A stretch of 64,000 nt of DNA from Catajapyx aquilonaris (lineage: Eukaryota). A program made the translations under genes and the position numbers. This document shows, piece by piece, positions 40,015 to 52,800 of the stretch; positions within the stretch are counted from its first letter, which is position 1; every line of letters starts with the position of its first letter. The stretch lies in assembly GCA_000934665.2 (NCBI GenBank), contig KZ538033.1, forward strand, positions 1-64,000. The letters run 5' to 3'. The notes under the pieces were generated by a model. That model had not been told where the DNA came from. It searched no databases and saw only the letters and a program-made list of their open reading frames with translations.

Positions 40015-40223
40015 AAAATAGCAGGAATCGCTGCTATTATGAACAATAGGTACAGAAATCGCTGCGATTTTAACAGAAGGTAACAGATATCGCTGCTATT
40101 TTGAACAACAGTAACATAATTCACTGCTACGTTAACTACCGGTAACAGAAAATCACTGTTATGTTAACTGACCGTCACAGAAATCACTTCTACGTTAACT
40201 AGCGGTAACATAAATCGCTGCTA
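40015..40223. repeat. Degenerate minisatellite, about 7 units of 30-32 bp
   Basis: Consensus approximately AACWRNNGGTAACAGAAATCRCTGCTAYKTT, head to tail. Confidence 0.88.
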
Positions 40224-43200
40224 GTCAGAAATAGCTCTTTTGCCCGTCCGACAACGACTATAGTCGCAATTTACTATCCTTTCTATGTAATGCTTTAAAT
40301 ATTGCGAATGCAGGGGCCTCCCTTATGGCATCTGGGCTTGGAGATGGAGCAATCTACAAATGGCAAGACATTTCCGTAAAATCATTTTCCCTGCAGCCAT
40401 GTCTGCCAGAATCCATTTTTATATAGCGTATGAAGAAATGGGGGAAGGAACTAAGTTCACAAAACGCACTTCCTTGCTTTAGAATGCATCTACGGATTGT
40501 GAAGACGGCTCCGGGGTCAGCTCTAGAAAATAAAACCGACTCCATCCAAGCAAGAGGGCTCGGCAGTTGGAAAGAGCACCACCTCGACCTCACTTCCATT
40601 CCGACATTTGCTGAATATATGCATCAGACTGATGATACTGTATTTGCCTAAGCTTCCTCTTCCTCTTTTTTTTTCTAATTGAGAACATAACACTGCAACA
40701 TGCTTAAGCATGCATGAGAACCCGTCTCTTTTCCGATGACTTCTCCTGGCGATGCGTGACTAAATAACCTCCTTTGTATTCAGCCCCGTGGCGTCTAAAT
40801 GGATTTTGAAACACCTCACCCGAGGAAACTAACGCACCGGTACCCATAAGTTAGCATATATCAGCAATAAAATTTATGCTGACTTTCCAAAGCCGGTTCG
40901 CACTTGGCCAAGTATATGGGGAGAAACTTATACCGGCGGAATAATTTTCCCTATAAGGAAACTTGGTGGGGTCCCTGCAGTCGCTGACTGTTATCCTCTG
41001 GCTTCCTTTTGCACCATGGTATGCAGGCTTACTTAATTACGTCGTGGGGGCTTTCTGGACGGCCGGGTATGGATGGGCAACTCCGGAAATTCGGCTCCGC
41101 AAGCAGGACAAGCGTAAAGAAGGCCCCTCCGGAGATAGCGCCGACTTGTTGGGAATGCAAGGCGCGGACTCGATGCCCGCCGTCCCTTTTTATCGCCGTG
41201 TTTTATGTCCCGGGGATGAAATGGTTCCATCCATTCCGACCACCAGGAACAAACAATTGCTTTCCAACTGGCGCATACCATGCATCAAATACATGTGTAT
41301 AAGGACCCGGGGTCTCAGAGCTCAAACAGACGGAAACGATCCGGAATGTGACGAGACACCCAGTGTTCCCAGCAGAATCCGCTCACGTTCATAAAAATAA
41401 CTGCTAATTTTGAACACAGCATGTTTGAACAACTGCTACGTTTGACACTAGCATGAATGGATAACCGCACAATATCACATAACTATCACTGCTAATATGA
41501 CAGTAGCAGATAATAATCCCTGTTAATTTGGCAATAGCGGATAATAATCACTATTATTTTTTGAATAAGCTGTATGTAGGGGGGTCGAAAATCGCGGTTT
41601 TTGCTCAGACTTGCTCGAGTCGTTCTTATTCGCCTGTGCCTGGAGGACAGAGCACACATTTGGCGGCAGGTTAAATCCGAGGAGTAGCCTGCAGCGAGCG
41701 GCGCATCGATTGATCCGTTAGCACTCTTCAGCTTACGCAGCAGAGAAGTGGGAATCAAACGCTGAAGGCGTCCCATTATTTCCCAGGGAGGGAAAGAAAA
41801 AAAAGAGGGGGGGGGGGAGAGGAGGAGAGAATGGGAAGGGAGGAGGAAGGGTGCAGTTTCCACGGCCACAATTTCCAACATTTCAAATGCAGACAGCATT
41901 TTCCCGCAGCGTAGATTGCATCAGAAGTTGAGTGGGCCTTGGCAACAAGCAAAGAGGTGACTAAACATGTCAAGTTTTGCGCAGATACATCGTCTGGATC
42001 AGAACCCCCCCCCCGCTCGAGACAATCGCCCCAAAAACTTCTTTTTTTGTGTGTGTGTGAAACGAAAACCCAAGATCGAAGTTCAAATAGCTGAAAGAAA
42101 AGTTACTTTCCACAAAAGAAAACTTCAAACTTTATAAACGTTGCCGAAATGTTCGTTTTTTTCACAGACTTCTTGTCCCGCAATGTGAACATTCTGACAT
42201 CAAAAAAAGCCAAACATGTCACACTTTCAGGCTGTAGTTTAGCGGTACAAATAACCGCCAACACACAGTGGCATGCGTATGATGAACCCTGCTGACCACA
42301 AATAAATGAACTGGCTGCCCTCCGAAAATTTATCACCTGCGGAGTCAATCGATTGTGCGACAAACCAACCCTGCATGTAATTGGAATATTCCAAGGGGTT
42401 TGATATTACCCCAGCAGTGACGTTGCAGCTTCAAGAAAGATGCAGCCAACCAGTAGATATTCCGTTCCGTTGGAGATAAATGAGGTCTGTCCTGCGCCAG
42501 GCATCGGCTAATTTGAAACTCTTGATTCTAATTGCAGCATGCTGCCTATTATTCAGGACGAGCTAGAAGCCATTAGAATATCGTCGGAGGCCTCGGGGGC
42601 ACCAAGTGCTGAAGGCAGTTATATATTGCGGTAGGGTGAGCCCCAACCAAAGCCAAGCGTCCCGTTCATTCCTAAAAGTATTATGTACTGCATTATTCAT
42701 CCACGTGGATTTGCATCAAAAAAACAAGGCCGTGCCCAGGAGAGATAGAGAAAAAACCTTGTTCTTAACAAATTCTTTAGTAAAAAGTGGGTGAAGATCC
42801 AACCCGACCAGAATTTTAAAAAAAGAGTGGAATGCGACAATCAAGTAAACTTGTTTCCGCGCTAATAACCTCATAAAACTTGCACTGGGATTGTGTCCCG
42901 CGAGACCCACATTTTCTTGTCCTCTACTTGACGCAGGAAATGTGCTACGGAGTAGCTTCCAACCCACTATCTCGTGATAAAGAAACAAGAAAAAAGTACT
43001 CGTAGTAGGGAGAACCAAGCCTTTTTCTACCGCCCCCCGTATGCGAAAACTCGCTAAAGAAACACTGTTAGGGCCGGAATAACATCGCTTATCGCATTCA
43101 AATCTTACAAGATTACAGGCTTGCGCAGATGGAAGGAAAAGAGTGAACGCCAATACGGACAGAATTGGGCACATATTGATCAGAATCTTCTACATCATTT

Positions 43201-45807
43201 GCCTAATTTATACACGAAGTTCTGAACTGTGTGCTTGCAATTTTAATTTATTAACTTCGTGTTTTCGTATTTATTTACATTTATATAATTTAGCACTTAT
43301 TTTTGTTCCTTTGGTGTATAGGGAAACTCCTTATAGGCTCACTTGTCAGCAGGATTGCAGGTGTGCATTACGAATTTGAACATACTGAGTATTGCTAATT
43401 CATCAAGACGTACTGCCACTGCAAATCCAGTCCTCGCAGAAGTGGATTTGATCTTAATTGGCAATTAATAAACCGCTCGTAACAGGGACACACCTGGAAA
43501 TTAGACCTCTAAAAATGGGAGGCCTTCGCCGGAGCTTCCGGAAAAGACTTCCAAGAATCCGGAACCTAGACTCTCTCTAAGCCCCCGGAATCCTCCTGGA
43601 CGATAACAACATTGGTTTTCAATACCACCAGAGCCCCCAATGACAAGGCGGCCAAGATTGTATATGTCAACGGCCGCAAAATATATAGCGCTATAACTAA
43701 GGGAGAGAGGGGGTGGGCTGGAAAAAGAAAATTATTTTATCCGGGGGGGGCTTCAGCCGTTAAATCTGACGCTCAATGCTGCTCATTGGGAAGAGGCAAT
43801 CAAATTACAAAGTGTGCAAGGGAGGGCTGGAAGGGGGACTGGGGAGAGGAGGAGACGGGGAGAGAACCGATCCTCTCCCTTCCAATCATCTGGCTTGCTT
43901 TCCAGAGAAGGGAAAAGGAGACTGGAAAGTAATGAGGAGGCGGCTTCCTTCTCTGCGGAATTCCACAGAAAATGAACGAAAGGATTTTTTTTCTCGTGTG
44001 TAATGTAAGTTTGACAGACTTTTTCTCAAGCTGGAAATGTGGTAAAATGTCAGCCCACAAATAATAAAAAATCTGTCACGCATTATGCAAAAAAAAGTAG
44101 GCTGCGGACCGAGTCATGATCTAGGAATAGTCAGTAGCGGACGGAATAAAAAGAAAACGAATGAATGGAAACGTCCAATGCTGTTAACAATTTGTGTGAC
44201 TTATGCCCATACTTATCGCGACTTATGGTCATACTAGTCCGAATAAATTTCCAAAGCCGGTTACGTCCAATGACGCCACGAACGACTCATACAAATAAAA
44301 AGCCTTCTCCCAGAGCCATTCCCGTCCTCTTAGACGACATTTTTCATTGTAAAAGGATGCTCTATTTTCTCCAGGCGAGAGCGAGGGCCAAATGGACACA
44401 AGTTTATGATTCCGACCCAAGAGGAGGAGATTTATAAGCATTTCCGAGGAGTCGCTCCATTCGGTAACCCCCGTAAACATCCTTTCAATTTATAACTTCG
44501 GTTAGCGGCAGGTCCTCCCCACCAAAAAAAAAAGCCACATACACACCCCGGATTTTCAGCAGAACCTTTCCTTTTTATCTGGGGGAGGTAAGAACCCTGT
44601 TTCAAGTCACGAGTCCTTTGGGTGTGATCAAAATCATGTCGTGAAGGGTTATACCATCAGGGGCTCGGCAGCCGGATAATGCGTCATGATCAATAAAATC
44701 AGGATTTGAAATTAATATGTAGGTACTAACCCTTCCTTGAAGATAATGACACTGCCTGTTATCAGTGTTCGGGTGCAAAATGAGACGATGTCAAGACTCT
44801 GCTTCCGCGAGCGAAAGAGGCTATTATGTATGCATTCAGCAGTGCTCCTAATGGCCCAGGAAAAATGGAAATGGGAAGGGTAGATGGGGAGGTTTTTGGT
44901 ACGAGCAGCCCACCCCTCGAGGCCTATCAAGGCAACAAGGTGCGGCAAAAAACAAATTGCCAAAATTTAGTTTGCAGGAAGAAGTTAATAAGCTCGGTTC
45001 TGATCATATCTCAGGCTTCGTCATCACGATGCTGGAATAGATTAATAACATTCTATGTATGGTGTAGACTGTTCAAGAAGAAGGGGAACAAAAATTACCA
45101 CAAAAATCAAGCATTTTGAGTCAGTAATTATGTCAAGAAAAATAGTAGAATTTGAGGTAGATTTTGTCTGGACGTTAACTTTCTGATGGTCTAGTTAGTT
45201 CTTTTGTTCTAGGACAGTAGACAATCTCTCACACTTTGAAATCATTTCATTACGCCCGATTGTTCAGCTACAATTCACGTCTTCACATTGCGCCTTTTGT
45301 TATGGAGCAAAATGAACGCAATGTATACAGGGACCTACAATGTCTCGCAGAAGTAGTTGCTTTCCAAGGTATAGTTGCTACACTTACAACAATACAATCG
45401 ATAGTTTCGGTGAGCCCGACTTTATAGCAGCCGCTTTGGTTTTTATTTTTTGAACTTCACATGTAGATCAGAAAGTTTTCTTCAACTAACCGTCTCCAAC
45501 TCTTGCTGCAGCCTTTCATCAAATCAACATTTTGATGAAGTGGCCGAGAGGAACTTTTCTCTGAAACTTTATTGGAAGAAAAGCCAAGCTTGAAAACATG
45601 GCTTCAAAAAAGTTTTTTTTACCTACAAGAGTTCGAATAATTTACATAATCTTCTATAATCAACTCCGTGTTCAACTAGGTTACGTGTTACAAATCCGTC
45701 CATAACATACTATAGCGTTCAACGTAATTGGTCTAAATGTACATCAGAATTTCTGTGGTAATTATAGCGTTTGTAGATTGTAAAATGTAAGTCAGGATAC
45801 ATCAAGG

Positions 45808-45966
45808 GATACATATGTAATTGAATTACATTGTTGGTTTCCAGTTTTGCCAACTAGAAGATTGTGAAGTTTGAGTTAGCACAGTTGCACTTGGAGTTGT
45901 CACAACTGGCAACCAACAATGCAATTCAATTACCTATGTATCATGACTTTAGAGTCACCCTGTATA
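45808..45966. mobile_element. Palindromic MITE remnant with a Tc1/mariner-like end
   Basis: 39-bp arms (45808-45846 and 45904-45942) with 3 mismatches; the right flank ends AGTCACCCTG-TA. Confidence 0.6.
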
Positions 45967-48900
45967 TTGGATCACCACCTAACCACATATCGTGCTTTGA
46001 GTGAACTTTGATTATGAAGCTTGAACATATATCCAGAACGGAACTTAATTTCATATTGCTCTGAGCAAATACCCGGTGAGGAGCGCTCTGATGCACATGT
46101 GCGTATTTTTGCAAAATATTATCCGCCATAATTTAACGCCCACTATGCAAGAAAAGCTAAAATATTCAAAAACATCTGCCACACTTTGTTGCGAAGAATG
46201 TAACATCGACATATTTGTTGTACACAGTCATGCTGGATAATATACTTTTTTTTTACTTTATCCTCCTGAGACCATGCTCATCATGTCATCATGGTCATCA
46301 TGTGACCATCCTTGATTCCATGCTTTTGGGATTCTCTGTAGGTAATGTATTCAGGGGTTGTTTGTCCAGATGGCATTCTGTAAAATGCGCGTTTAATCCC
46401 GCCTCGTCGCATCTTGTCATATATCCTGTCAAGCGATCGACATTGGAAGGTATTGCACAGCTGGAAACCGCCTCCAAAAACACCTACAGTGAGTTCTCAA
46501 CTAACGACCGTTACACAGCGCAGGTTGCAACCTAGCACCCTGGATTAGACATTTTAATTTGCGCCCAAAATGTAATTTCGAGGCAGCCTAGAGCTGTTGT
46601 GCCGTCATCTATAGCAACGTCAGTCAAACTAAGCCTCTGCCTGACTCACTATTCGATTCCAGTAATCCTTTCCCCCCCTGAAGCTTTTCAAGGTTGTCTT
46701 CATGTGCGCAAATGCCACCGGGTGTCACAGTTCTCATCCTCACTTATCCAGGCAGCCAGGCAGAGTACACAGTGATCTCAAACAGACGCGGTTTCCAGCA
46801 CACTTGTCACTTTTTTATATGCACAGTGTGCTCAGTATCGTGACATCCCGCAATATTCAAACCAGTTCTTTTGATGACCCGGCAAGGTGCTGACAAAATT
46901 TGAATGTGTCCCATTGTTTCGACTTGCCCCCATCCACATTAGTTGGAGCAGAATTCCTCCCCTATTTTTGAGTCCCGGCGGCCCAGAAAATTCGTATTTG
47001 CCTTTCCCCAGTCACTGCTGTTTACTTTTTCCAGATGACAGCGTGTGGCACATTCGTAAGTCGATAGGCCCGAGACCCATCCCTGAGGGGGCCTTCGTGT
47101 TATTTGCATAATGTGCACGCATCATTCCCTATAGTCTAGTGGGGGAGGGAGGACTATTGCTATAGGCACAGGCCTTTTACGGACGACTGTGTGCTCATCC
47201 ACTTCCGCCTCATGGCCGCTTGCAACCATGCAGATTTGAGTTCAAACCCGTAGAAAATCTTTTGTTTTTAGGCTGGGAGGTTTAGTTTAGAACTGTAGAG
47301 AAGCGAAGGAGATATTTACAACATAACCCAACACAGTGCTAACTTACTCTATAGCGCACTGTAGACATGACTGGCCATCCTATGAAGGTCAATGTGTATA
47401 TTTCTGATCTATCCCAACCAGGAAAAATACACACCGGGTTATATAAATCCTCTCCAAATAAATTCTTTACAACAAAGATGCCCTTGTCACCCAACCTGGC
47501 CAGCCTTCACCTTGGCCACCAGGAAAACAAACAAATTGCGCAACATTCGCACGATCATTGCTGATTACTCCCAAAGCAGGAAACCCTCAAAAAATATTGC
47601 AAGGCCGAATTTTTATGTTTTCCAAGGCTCTTGCTTTTCCTCCCCCATCAGCAAGAGCATGCTGGCAAAGCAACAAGGTGATTAGTCGCCTACTCCGGGT
47701 AAGCTTACCCCACATTTCCTCACCTCACGGATACTTCTGGAGGCCCCACCTGATTTATGACCTCTCTACTAAATGAGGTTCAAATTCCACGCTAATATTC
47801 GACACCTCCATTGGTTGGCATACCTTCCGGGGAAAAAACGCGAATTTTGTGCGGTTTTGGTGTGAAGCCCTGCAAAACTGCTACTATAAACCAGGCACGA
47901 AAGTGTCGTAAACGTCCCGTTTTCTCCGCGGTCCGTAATTCCCACACTCAGACGTCCAAATTAACGGCCGCCGGTCTCCGAATGGTCATCGCGTTATTTC
48001 TCCCAGCTCAGTAATTAAGAACAATTAGCTATTTCTGCATTTTCTTCCTTCTTGTATAGGTCTATCTAGCCATCTATTTTTTTGGGAAGGCGTGTAGCAA
48101 GCTTTTCGAGAAGCCTGAGAGAGCTGGCCTTCCCAAAGCCATTACAAGCTCCGTCCGGGCGTGAACGGGCAGAGAAGGAGCATTCTTACAGCTTCACACG
48201 AGATCACAGGGATATGAAGCGGCGCTTGGGCACAGAGAGCTTCGCCAGCTGTGGCCTTTCTAACCTCGTGAACCCCATGAACCCTGGGAGGCAGCGTTTT
48301 CCGGCCAAACGACCAAGGCGTGAGGAATGCTTCAGACGGTCCTCTCATGGAAACCCTTCATTTTGCCATCTTTGACATGCATGCCATGTGAACGTCTTAT
48401 GTACTCAGCCTGGGACATGCAATAAGGCGTCTACATGGGAGGCTGAAACAACATTGCACATTTTGGCTGGAGTCATTCATAACTCCAGCAGGAGCCCCCA
48501 TTTTTCAACGTCACTTCCTTCTCACCGTGCTTTCGCCATGATTAACAACTAGCGAGGCAACAGGGCCTTCATAAATCCCAGACCAACCCCCGGAGCTCTA
48601 AATAGTGTAATTAAGAAAATGGGAAACATTATCCTTGACTCTGGATCAGGCACCTCGCAAACCGAATCCGGATTATCCAACCTTAAGCGAAGTCATCTTG
48701 TGCACTCGCCTAATTACTCACAGGCTCGAACCCAGGACTTACTCAATTTGCATCTAGAAACGCAATCAAATCTTGGGGATAGAGGCAAGGTTCGCCATCC
48801 ATTAGGACTGTACCTGATGCCTTAATCGCCAAGGTGGACCTGGCTGGAATTGGTCCAAAAATAGTGTCGCTTCCGCATATAAATAACGGATCGGGATGAT

Positions 48901-49796
48901 TCGCCCCTAGGTTCGCCCTCGGGGCAGACACATACAAATGGCCAGCCGCCTTCAAGGTGTCGGCCCTTCGTTTTGCTAAGGTAGGAAGACCTTTTGTCTC
49001 ACGTGGAAGAATACCCTCCTTTGTCTTGATTTCCTGGATGGCTCACTTGGGCTCGCATGTACAAGGGGAAGCCCCATCGAGCCTATGCAAGATCGGAATA
49101 CTGGAGCAGGAAGACCGCCGTTTGGAAAATTTATTCCGCTCCATTCCTCTTCCGCTTCGTGGCAGTATATCCCCAATTCCCTGCATCATTCCATGTTCTT
49201 TTTCCTCTTTTTTTAAAAGAAAAAAAGAAGGGGGGGGGGGAAGCGCCTTTTTCTACACCCCTTGGAAACATCAGGTCTACTCGCATTCCCCGGAATGAAT
49301 TTATGGGCGCTGACACCACGTGTAAATGTGGCGACACGTCCATGGAACCAGCGTAACTTAATCTGGAATATTCCAGTTGTATGTAGAATGTTACCAGAAA
49401 AAGCAGGTCAAGTATGGCCGCATGTACGGAAAAAAAAGTCTCCTGCTGCATTATCATAAAGAAGACAGGAGTTAGCGAGCAGCGCAAGAAAACCGCATGA
49501 AATATAAGTACAATCCCGGATCTTCATTTCTTCCATTCATTTCCCGGGAATTATGGCCACGGCATTCGGAGAGCCCGCCGCTTTTACGTGCATTAAAAAA
49601 CTCTCATGGTCCAGAGGCCTGATTTACCTCGAAATGTCCCTCCATCGGTTCCTAGAAAGCGAGCCATCCTTCAGAACGGAATTTATTCTCAGCCAGTCCC
49701 AACAATAGCCCCCAGATTTCTTCCCCCAACCCAACCCAGCAAAAGTCTATACCGCGGCCTAGGCTAGAGGATGCAGTTCCTGGCCAAGAGAATTCC

Positions 49797-49800
<4 letters not shown>

Positions 49801-49840
<40 letters not shown>
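49801..49840. repeat. (CT)n microsatellite
   Basis: 20 perfect units. Confidence 0.97.
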
Positions 49841-49844
<4 letters not shown>

Positions 49845-52800
49845 CTGAGAGAAAAATAAGAAAAAGAGCAGACCATACCCCCAAGAAGAAGAAGGAAAAA
49901 AAAATCGCCCGGTGGCGCTCGACAAACGGTCTGCAGACTGCCATAAGTTAGACAAATGGAGTTATCAATATAAAAACGATGACGACGTGATAACCATAAA
50001 ATTCGGCACCAAAATTGCTACCGCTCCAGGAAAAAAGGGTGACCACCACGTGGAGAGATATTGGATTTTTTTCTCTCTCTCGCCCGACATCAGCAGACCA
50101 AGAGAACAATGTGATCTCTGGCAAATATGGTACAATATGCAGATGGGTGGAATTGGTTAATGACAGAACGGGCAGCAGTAAAGTGGGGCCTTTGAAAAAC
50201 ACTGCAGCTCAATTTAATGTCAAGTGATTTCTAGATTTGGAGGTTGGGCGCAGTCAAACAGCAATTAAAACCTATTTTTGAAGCATTAACAAAAAAATAC
50301 GACCGGCACATTTTAATTAGTATTACAGTGCAAATTGTGCGAGTAATTTGTACTTTCATCTCAATGGCCTCACCCATTTCGCCATGTTGCTGAAGTGCAG
50401 TCCTTTTTGTTTAATTTTTAATATGACAATGTACGAATGACAGTGCTCTTAGGCGTCTCCAGACGGTTGTTTGAAGCACACGTAAGGTCGCAAAAAATTT
50501 GTAAAACCTCTGAAGCAACTGTTGGCATTTTCACATTAGGAAATGGTCAACTTCAGTCTTATTATTAAAAATGCAACACACATTTCAATGCAATTTTGCA
50601 CAAAATATTCTGTCAACTGCACGCCCTAGTCCCACAGACTTTTAAATAAATTACTCGACTCACAACAGTGTTACCACAAAGCATTACCGGCACGATTTTA
50701 AACAGACGGAAAAATACGCGTTCAGACCAGTCCACTCTCTCCATGTAACAAAATTAGCCCATCCCGTTACCTGACCATGTTACCACCAGGCAACGAGTTA
50801 CATCAACCCAGCTTCCAAGTGCTTCTACCCCAAACCGCAAAAGCCGGCCTAGGCCTCTGCGGGCTTTTCCGCCTTACACGAGGTGCCCGGAAAAGAGGAT
50901 TGACCCCCATCGCCCATAGGGAGATCTCCCCAGGTTATTTATCAACAGGCGTGCAGCAACATGGGGTAAAGGAAAAGGAGAAAAAGGAATGACGCCGGAA
51001 GAATAGCCGTCAGACCAAGATCGAACCCCATCCTTCACCTGAGAGACTCTGGCGCCATGCCCAGAAAACTGCAAAAAGAAAATTGTGTCACGAAATGACA
51101 AGATACACCCTGCTGTGTTGAAGGAAACAAGGAGACACCCTTTGCGTGTAAGCTTCGAACTTTTTCGGTGGGATCACTTCAATTCTGATGGAAAAAATAC
51201 TCTCCAAGGTCCCGTATAAATTAATCATGCGGGTATATACTCTCGTCGTGGATTAGAGGATGGCTTGGTAGCTTGAATCCTCCGCCATTATCTGCATGCA
51301 TCTGCAGGCACGCAGGAGGAACGTGCACATGTTCTAATTTTAATCCGACAAATGTACAGTGTGGGCACAAAATTACACTCATTTTCCGTGTGGAATGCCA
51401 ATTCGTGGCGGGGGTACAGTCGGGACATTTTTTCGCAATTTATTATTAAACGGGGACGGATCCGTACCCGGCGACAAACTTGTGCATTATTTATTATAAT
51501 GAAGTTGCTGCAGGTTGGACTCGACGGCGGGGCATGCAACGGGGTGTTAGGTGAGAGTGCAGAAGTTTATTAAAAATAAATGTGCACATTTTGTTAGGAA
51601 TGTGCAAATTTCGTCCTTTCGCTTTGAACTATGCAGATGTTGCAAGTGCCAATATTATCGCCGAGCAAAAGGTTAGTGCGAATAATACTGAACGCTCTAC
51701 AGCACCTGCTGGTTTATACATCAACAGAGCTGTTGACACACGAGTTTAACATGACGTCAAAGGTTCTCATGAGGTGACAACATGCAAAATATAACAAGCC
51801 GGTGGGTAAATTATTAATTATAAACTCTTTGAAAATGCACCGTTGAACAAAGAGAACCGAAACCGCCAAATGACAGAAACACGGCGTCGACACACCACGC
51901 AGGTTTTTGCAAAAAAAAATATATTTATGAAAAAGAGAGCCTAAACCCGATCACTTTCCCTCAATTACTCCTGAAATAGTGTCCAAAAAGGAGAGTTTAA
52001 AACGAGCAGTTTTAGTGACAGAGACATACCGTGAGGGTTGAAGTCGTTCCAAATTCGCGTGGGGAATAATGTATCACCCGAGTACCTACGACGGACAATC
52101 GTAATCCTTGCAAAACGCGCAACTTCTGCTCTGATTGGGAATTTCATCCATCACGGTTCTGTTATACAGGAATGGGCGCAACTGCTAACTGCAACTGGGG
52201 GAAGGCCTCCTCTTCTCTCTATATATAGTTTTTTCTTCGTTTCCGGTCAGGATCCAGTTTCAAGGAGAAATACGAGCCTATTAGTGCGAGCAAATTGGTT
52301 AGGAACGACACAAAAGCAACATGGTGGGGGTCCAAATTGATCAAATTCCAGAGAGTTCGATTTCCTGCCTCTCACTTCCAATTATGTCACCATAGTGCAA
52401 AAACCTGGCGAGATAGAAATAGTCTAACAAGCAATTTTTTGCAACATCCAGTGCACTGCAAAGTTTGTACATAAAATGAAGTGAAACTCGCGTCAACATT
52501 ACCTGTGTGTACCACTCTCTGAAACTCAAATGGCAGAGTTTGGGGCAGTCCGAGTTTGCAAAAATCACTCTGCTCTTTTTCTGCACTAGAAACCAAAAAA
52601 GGCTTAAAGCACATAGGGCCCAATCACTCACTTCCATTTCCTTCTTTATGGGCTTTACCTGCGTGCTCACACCGTCCCATTTTACGCTTTTTGTGCTCGC
52701 AAAATCGTTCGCCCACCCATGAGGGTGTAAACCCGATTCCATTTGGAAAACAGTTGCATGCCGGCTCGCATAATTTGAAACCAACTATGGCGGAACTGGA

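Noticed and set aside
40015..40223. Regularly spaced repeats as a CRISPR array
   Set aside because: Units are head to tail and degenerate with no unique spacers; the context is a eukaryotic intron with no cas genes.
45615..45635. Other AG|GT fusions (CTTGTAG|GTAAAA here; CAG|GTATGT near 23350; CAG|GTATTT near 58368)
   Set aside because: Each lacks a good pyrimidine tract, branch point or donor consensus.
46590..46620. VAIDDG on the minus strand, resembling the catalytic Asp motif
   Set aside because: The flanking residues do not match the convertase consensus (no HPDL..NY).
47236..47252. B-box-like GAGTTCAAACCC suggesting a tRNA or SINE
   Set aside because: No A box at suitable spacing and no cloverleaf structure.
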